From positions 1 to 11,924 of the forward strand of contig JAHLWH010000040.1 in NCBI GenBank assembly GCA_019058015.1: a stretch of DNA of 11,924 bases. The letters run 5' to 3'. Origin of the DNA: Promethearchaeota archaeon. Its GTDB lineage: Archaea; Asgardarchaeota; Lokiarchaeia; Sigyniarchaeales; SOKP01. The position numbers were made by a program, and so were the translations under genes. The notes beneath the pieces were generated by a model, which saw nothing but the letters and a program-made list of their open reading frames with translations, was not told where the DNA came from and did not search any database. Below, in pieces: positions 6,707 to 11,924 of this stretch (position 1 is its first letter; every line of letters begins with the position of its first letter).

Positions 6707-8011
6707 ATGCCAGAATTTACTATTACAAAAATTAAATCACGCTGGATTTTAGACAGTAGGGGAAACCCAACAGTAGAAACAGAAATCTATAGCGGTGATA
6801 TTTATTCTCGTGCTGCAGTTCCATCAGGAGCATCAACAGGCTCTTCAGAAGCGCTGGAATTAAGAGATGGAGGTAATGCTTTCTTAGGAAAGGGAGTAAA
6901 AACCGCGGTTGCAAATGTTAATGACATTTTAGGGAAAAAAATGATTGGATTTGATGTTAGAGAGCAGAAAAAAATTGACGAAGAAATGATTAGACTGGAT
7001 GGAACAGAAAATAAAAGCAAGTTAGGAGCGAATGCAATCTTATCTGTATCTTTAGCAACTGCTAAATTAGCAGCAACTTTACAAAAAATTCCATTATTCG
7101 CACATTTGTATCAAATGAGTTATAATAAATCAATTAACTCTTACTTAATGCCCATTCCTTGTTCTAACATTCTTAATGGTGGAAAACACGCAGGAAATGC
7201 ATTAGCAATCCAAGAGTTTATGATTTTACCAATCGGTGCGAAAACTTTTGATGAAAGCATACAGTTTTTAGTTGAAACTTATCACACTATGAAAGACCTT
7301 TTAATGAAGGAATATGGAAAAAATTCAATTAATGTGGGGGATGAGGGCGGGTTTGCTCCATCAATGCAAAAAACAACCGAAGCTTTAGATATTATCGTAG
7401 AAGCGATAAATAGTAGTGGATTCACCCCTGGAATTGATTTTGTATTAGGGCTTGATGCAGCAGCAAGTGAATTCTATAAAGATGGTGTATATCATATTGA
7501 TGGAAAAGTTTTAGATCCAAATGAAATGATTCAATATTATATTAATCTTGTTGAAGATTATCCAATAAAATTGATTGAAGACCCATTTGAAGAGAATGCT
7601 TTTGATTCTTTTAGGAAATTAACGAAAAATGTTAATGATAACGTAATAATTGTTGATGATGACATAACAGTTACAAATGTTAAAATCTTAGAGAAAGCCA
7701 TCAGTATGGAAGCGGGAAGTGCGCTTTTATTAAAAGTTAATCAGATAGGCACATTAACAGAGGCTATAAACGCCGCAAAAATGGCTTTTAATAATAATTT
7801 CAATGTTGTAGTTTCCCATCGTTCTGGAGAAACTGAAGATGCATTTATTGCAGATTTAGCAGTAGGTTTATGTACAGGTTTGATAAAAACAGGAGCTCCA
7901 TGTAGAACAGATAGAAATGCTAAATATAATCAGTTATTAAGAATTGAAGGAAAATATCCTGAAAAAGTAAGATATCCCTCGTCATTTAATGACTGGAAAA
8001 AATATCAATAA
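6707..8011 (+). CDS. eno: Enolase (phosphopyruvate hydratase)
   Basis: DSRGNPTVE, VPSGASTG, EALELRD, QEFMI, VGDEGGFAP, LLLKVNQIGT, SHRSGETED, KYNQLLRIE; ATG6707 preferred to TTG6692. Confidence 0.97.
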   Translation: MPEFTITKIKSRWILDSRGNPTVETEIYSGDIYSRAAVPSGASTGSSEALELRDGGNAFLGKGVKTAVANVNDILGKKMIGFDVREQKKIDEEMIRLDGTENKSKLGANAILSVSLATAKLAATLQKIPLFAHLYQMSYNKSINSYLMPIPCSNILNGGKHAGNALAIQEFMILPIGAKTFDESIQFLVETYHTMKDLLMKEYGKNSINVGDEGGFAPSMQKTTEALDIIVEAINSSGFTPGIDFVLGLDAAASEFYKDGVYHIDGKVLDPNEMIQYYINLVEDYPIKLIEDPFEENAFDSFRKLTKNVNDNVIIVDDDITVTNVKILEKAISMEAGSALLLKVNQIGTLTEAINAAKMAFNNNFNVVVSHRSGETEDAFIADLAVGLCTGLIKTGAPCRTDRNAKYNQLLRIEGKYPEKVRYPSSFNDWKKYQ

Positions 8012-8014
8012 ATC

Positions 8015-8656
8015 TCATTCTTTTTTTATAATTCGGTATAAATCAACTAAGATATTTTTTCTTTTTTTACTATGAAATTTAAAAGTTTTTTCTAAAATCA
8101 AATTAAATGAGAATAAATCATCAACCAACCAATTTCTTCTTTCTATATATGACATTAGAAATTCTCGAGTGTTTTTGTTTGACAAATGAACCGAATAAAT
8201 AATATCTGAAATGTCTAATGCAGTATCTAAAAATAATCTGTCTGCCTTTCTTGTTTGGACTCCAAATGGAGGATTCATTATAGTTGTGATATTGATTCTT
8301 CCTCGAAAAAAACTATCCCTTAAAGGTAAATGGTTAATATCTGATGTGATTGGGTGATTAAGATGATATAGGTCTAATTTATTATAATTATACTTTAATA
8401 TAGTTAACGCAGAAGGGTCTATATCAATATTTAATACTAATAACGGTCTAAGATAGGTAGCGGCAATCGATAACCTTCCAGTACCGGCTCCTAAATCAAA
8501 GACTATCTTGTTTTCAATATCATTGTGTTCGAATCCGGCGTAGAACATTATATCCACTGCAGAAATTGCACTGATACAATATTGCTCTAAAGATAAATTA
8601 GGATTAGTAAAAGGTTTTGTTTTTTGAATAATGGTTACTAATTCTTTTTTTCTCAT
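8015..8656 (-). CDS. METTL5-like N6-adenine RNA methyltransferase (COG2263 family)
   Basis: LEQY motif, SAM-binding DLGAGTGRL, catalytic NPPFG, C-terminal FKFH..K; next to csl4 as in many archaea. Confidence 0.88.
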   Translation of the reverse strand: MRKKELVTIIQKTKPFTNPNLSLEQYCISAISAVDIMFYAGFEHNDIENKIVFDLGAGTGRLSIAATYLRPLLVLNIDIDPSALTILKYNYNKLDLYHLNHPITSDINHLPLRDSFFRGRINITTIMNPPFGVQTRKADRLFLDTALDISDIIYSVHLSNKNTREFLMSYIERRNWLVDDLFSFNLILEKTFKFHSKKRKNILVDLYRIIKKE

Positions 8657-8788
8657 CTAATCCCGATAATATTTTTTTTCTTTATAAAAAATATTGGAAA
8701 CCATTATTTATTATAGATCATTTTTATTGGTATATTTTAGAGAGTGTTACTAAGAAAATTAATGAAATAATAAAAAAAATTGATTTGA

Positions 8789-9385
8789 ATGACAAAGAAT
8801 ATTAAAAACGGGGAATATGCATCTATAGGTGAACGGTTAGGAGTAGTTGAAGAATATTTACCTGATAAGAATTCTACTTATGCAGACAAAGGGGTAATTT
8901 ATGCGACTCGATCAGGAAGAATACATATTGATTCCCACAAAAAGAAAATCTCTGTTAAAGAACCTGACGAAAGTAAGAGACAAAATATGAAAATCGGTGA
9001 TATTGTTATTGGAATAATAAATTTTATAAGAAAATATTCTGTAGGCGTACAGGTATATATTATCAATAATAACGTAAAATTTTATTCGGGATATCTAGGA
9101 AATGTTCATGTATCTCAAATATCTAAAAATTATGTTGAAAAAATAGAGGAGGCTTTTCAAAAATCAGATATTCTTAGAGCTAAAGTATCAAAATTAAAGT
9201 ATAATGAAGTTGATTTAGTTACAGATCAACCAAATTTAGGTGTAATATCTGCAGATTGCTCAAGATGTGGAGGTCCTTTATATTTAATCAAAAGGGATTT
9301 ATTGAAATGTGAAATTTGTGAAAATGTAGAAAAAAGGAAATTAGCAAATGATTATGGTTCAGTAAAAACCCGATTAATATTTTAG
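8789..9385 (+). CDS. csl4: Exosome complex RNA-binding protein Csl4
   Basis: GERLGVVEEY N-domain, S1 domain (GDIVIG, HVSQIS, DILRAKV), LGVI then Zn-ribbon CSRC...CEIC..E.RKLA.DY. Confidence 0.92.
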   Translation: MTKNIKNGEYASIGERLGVVEEYLPDKNSTYADKGVIYATRSGRIHIDSHKKKISVKEPDESKRQNMKIGDIVIGIINFIRKYSVGVQVYIINNNVKFYSGYLGNVHVSQISKNYVEKIEEAFQKSDILRAKVSKLKYNEVDLVTDQPNLGVISADCSRCGGPLYLIKRDLLKCEICENVEKRKLANDYGSVKTRLIF

Positions 9386-9425
9386 AATTTTTTCATATCT
9401 TTATAAATGTGAAGAGGGATCTCTT

Positions 9426-9659
9426 ATTCCTAAAACTAAACGAAAGGTATTGTCTTTTACATATAATAGTGTAAAACAAGCACTTCAATTTATTGAAGCA
9501 ATTAAAAAAAAAATCGTTAATTTAAATATTAATTTGACAATGGATAATGTAAGAATGAAAATAAATATTGAATTAAGTGGTCCAAGAGATTTACAACGTT
9601 TAGCGACTTTTTTAATTCAAGATTTATCAAAAGAGATCCTTAAAAAGGAGATTTCTTAA
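9426..9659 (+). CDS. Small hypothetical protein resembling the DUF2067 N-terminal domain; start at ATT9426 or TTG9450
   Basis: Open frame PKTKRKVLSFTYNS...KINIELSGPRDLQR...; occupies the csl4-rpoL gap where DUF2067 lies in other archaea; GAGGGA just upstream of ATT9426. Confidence 0.6.
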   Translation: MPKTKRKVLSFTYNSVKQALQFIEAIKKKIVNLNINLTMDNVRMKINIELSGPRDLQRLATFLIQDLSKEILKKEIS

Positions 9660-9735
9660 CCTAATTCCGAACTAATAGTAATAGAGAAAAAAATAAATTA
9701 TATTACGAATTTTAATCAAATAGGTGTTCTTTTAA

Positions 9736-10212
9736 ATGGCAAAAAAAACAACTCTAAGCAAAAAGGATACGACAAAGAAAAAAGAATTAGAAGATATAGA
9801 TGAAGAACTTTTTTCTGCTGATATTGAAGAAGGATATCCGGATACGGAAACTAAAGAAGAGGAAAAACCACAAGAAGAAGTATCTGAAGAGGAAGAAGAA
9901 ATTCAAAAAATACCAGTAAAAGAAGAAAAATTTTATAAATATTTAAATCTAAAACTTAAGAAAATCAGAGAAAAAGATTATGAACTAAGTATTGAAGGTC
10001 AAACTCATGGATTTTGTAATATCTTAGTTAAGTACCTACTAGATATTGAAGGTGTTGAAATAGCTGCTTATAGGAGTACAACTATTGAGCCATCAAAAGT
10101 ATTTATTAGGTTAAAAAATGGATTTGATATTAAAAAAATTATCTCTGAGGGAGTTTCTCTTCTCGAAGAAGAAGTAATTAGACTTCAAAAAGTTTTTAAT
10201 AAAAACTTCTGA
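9736..10212 (+). CDS. rpoL: DNA-directed RNA polymerase subunit Rpo11 (RpoL) with long acidic N-terminal extension
   Basis: C-terminal ~90 aa ELSIEGQTHGFCNILVKYLLDIEGVEIAAY... match the Rpo11/RPB11/AC19 pattern (GE.HT..N.L...L....V..A.Y); conserved position after csl4. Confidence 0.82.
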   Translation: MAKKTTLSKKDTTKKKELEDIDEELFSADIEEGYPDTETKEEEKPQEEVSEEEEEIQKIPVKEEKFYKYLNLKLKKIREKDYELSIEGQTHGFCNILVKYLLDIEGVEIAAYRSTTIEPSKVFIRLKNGFDIKKIISEGVSLLEEEVIRLQKVFNKNF

Positions 10213-10230
10213 TTCTTTTTGTGTCATATT

Positions 10231-10704
10231 ATGGAAGAAAATAATAATAAAAATGAACTCACATTTCTAATTTCTGATTTAAAAGATAAACCAAAATTAA
10301 TTGGAACTGATAAAGGTTTAGCGAAAATCGGAGATGGTATTATTAATTTAACATATTCTGTAGCAAAATCGAAATATTTAACACATTTTAAAAGCATTCC
10401 TGAATCTCCAATTAGAGAGGGAAAAAAAGTTGATAAACATATTCTTTCTAATGCTTTGAAAAATGCAGACATGAGGCAATATGCAAAAACTCGCCCAGAT
10501 TCCCATGATTTAGCGAATACTTATGAGGGTCTGATTGCATATGTTTGGTTGTCTGGAGAAATAACTATTAAACAAATTATATCAATTCTTGCGAGTCAAC
10601 TTGAAGATGATATCTCCAATTACAAAATTGAAAGAATTGAAGCTATTAAATCGTTTACTCACTTATTAAAAAACGTTAAAAAATTCATTCCTAGGATTGA
10701 GTGA
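10231..10704 (+). CDS. Archaeal ribonuclease III-like family protein (no dsRBD)
   Basis: TDKGLAKIGD.IIN..YS.A.S and H..AN.YE.LIAYVWL motifs typical of the archaeal RNase III-like family found beside rpoL; ATG10231 preferred. Confidence 0.78.
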   Translation: MEENNNKNELTFLISDLKDKPKLIGTDKGLAKIGDGIINLTYSVAKSKYLTHFKSIPESPIREGKKVDKHILSNALKNADMRQYAKTRPDSHDLANTYEGLIAYVWLSGEITIKQIISILASQLEDDISNYKIERIEAIKSFTHLLKNVKKFIPRIE

Positions 10705-10710
10705 TTTAAT

Positions 10711-11277
10711 TTGAAAGATTATCCAATAACTATTGGCATTGATGATGCTAAATTTCGTTTTAATGGACAAAAACAAACTACTCCCTTAATTGGTGTTGTA
10801 TGTCAAGGAACTAGAGTAGTAAAAGTTGTAAAAAAAGAAATATTCATTGATGGAGATGATTCTACGGATGCGATTATTGATCTGGTTAGATCATGCGAAA
10901 ATAATGTTCAATATATCCTAACCCATACAATCACATTTGGTGGTTTCAACATTGCAGATATAGAGGAAATATACCAAAAACTTGAAACTCCGATAATTGC
11001 ATTTACTGAACGTATGGTTAATCTTGATGATGTAAAAAAAGCCATCATTAAAAAATTTCCAAATCAAAACACAGATAAAATCAATAAAATCATAAAAGCC
11101 GGTAATTTATATGAAATGAAAATAAAAACCCATGGTGGATATTCAACAGTTTATTTTCATTCAGTAGGAGTACCTCCTGAGAAAGTTAAGATTTTAATGG
11201 AAAAAATTTCAATAGATTCAAAACTACCCGAACCCGTTCGAATTGCCCATTTGATAGGAGCGTCTTTCGAGATTTAA
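10711..11277 (+). CDS. DUF99 family protein (endonuclease V-like)
   Basis: IGIDD, DGDDST, ITFGGFNIAD, PEPVRIAHLIG; TTG start preceded by GAGTGA. Confidence 0.88.
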   Translation: MKDYPITIGIDDAKFRFNGQKQTTPLIGVVCQGTRVVKVVKKEIFIDGDDSTDAIIDLVRSCENNVQYILTHTITFGGFNIADIEEIYQKLETPIIAFTERMVNLDDVKKAIIKKFPNQNTDKINKIIKAGNLYEMKIKTHGGYSTVYFHSVGVPPEKVKILMEKISIDSKLPEPVRIAHLIGASFEI

Positions 11278-11319
11278 CTTTTTCAAAATTAACAAAAATG
11301 GTAATTACAAAAAATTTTA

Positions 11320-11799
11320 CTAAATTTCAGAAATCTCTTGCCTTAAAATTGCTTGAACTTCTTTTCTTTTAGCAGGATCTATTGCGCACATCCCATATGT
11401 TTTAATACCTAATCTATTAGCAACATTCTGGATATTCATTGCTCCGGGTAAGTCTTGTTTATTCGCAATTGCTATAACTTTACTCCCTTTAAACCTAGAA
11501 AACCTTTCATAAAAATCTTTAGTGAAATTAATATTATCTTCTGTGGAATCAGTAATTAATACTGTTAATCCAGCTCCTTTAACAAAATCTTCCCACATGA
11601 ATTGAAAACGTTCTTGCCCCCCCATATCCCATATGGTTATTTTTTCACCATTATTTAATTTTACTTGCTCAATAGCAACGCCAATTGTTGGATCACGACG
11701 TTCCGAAATTTCCTTACCTTGCATTAAAGAAAGAATAGTGGATTTGCCTACGCCACCTTTACCTATGAACACAACTTTCTGTTTGATATTACCAACCAT
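11320..11799 (-). CDS. Arf-related Ras-superfamily small GTPase
   Basis: G1 GKGGVGKST, G2 PTIG, G3 WDMGGQ, G4 ANKQDLPGAM, G5 CAI; ATG11799 preferred to 11871, giving 159 aa. Confidence 0.9.
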   Translation of the reverse strand: MVGNIKQKVVFIGKGGVGKSTILSLMQGKEISERRDPTIGVAIEQVKLNNGEKITIWDMGGQERFQFMWEDFVKGAGLTVLITDSTEDNINFTKDFYERFSRFKGSKVIAIANKQDLPGAMNIQNVANRLGIKTYGMCAIDPAKRKEVQAILRQEISEI

Positions 11800-11924
11800 T
11801 ATTACTAAATTAAAATTTTTTAAAAGGATGAATATTAATTTCCAAAAAAATTTCAAAAAATAAAGTATCATACAGATGTTATTAAACCATAATTTTAAAT
11901 TTGAAATTACACAAAATGGTGAAA

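Noticed and set aside
6732-7020. Minus-strand ORFs 6732..6914 and 6802..7020
   Set aside because: Antisense to the highly conserved enolase
10224-10472. Minus-strand 82-aa ORF
   Set aside because: Antisense shadow of the RNase III-like gene
11633-11863. Plus-strand 76-aa ORF
   Set aside because: Antisense shadow of the GTPase gene
1-11924. CRISPR arrays, tRNA/rRNA genes, transposases, inteins
   Set aside because: No regularly spaced repeats, cloverleaf/TpsiC patterns, DDE/HUH motifs or intein insertions were seen by eye

Overview
AT-rich archaeal window whose gene content points to an Asgard archaeon, most likely Lokiarchaeia/Promethearchaeota (inference from an Arf-like GTPase, a eukaryote-like enolase and a selenoprotein hydrogenase). 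The main signal is a minus-strand cluster vhuG-vhuA-vhuU-hdrC-hdrB encoding a group 3c [NiFeSe]-type hydrogenase plus heterodisulfide reductase B/C. The large subunit lacks its C-terminal Ni-binding motif. That motif is supplied by a 49-codon gene missing from the ORF track (2663..2514, RCYDC-UGA-LSCAAH), i.e. a selenocysteine-containing VhuU. It is followed by a eukaryote-like SECIS candidate whose AUGA core is the gene's own stop codon. The small subunit carries a tandem duplication of its 8-Cys Fe-S domain. The rest is housekeeping: rfcS, eno, a METTL5-like methyltransferase, the csl4 / DUF2067-like / rpoL / RNase III-like / DUF99 cluster and an Arf-related small GTPase. At the left end are a hypothetical ORF and a probable acyl-CoA synthetase gene remnant. 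All family assignments come from motif recognition by eye; no searches were run.
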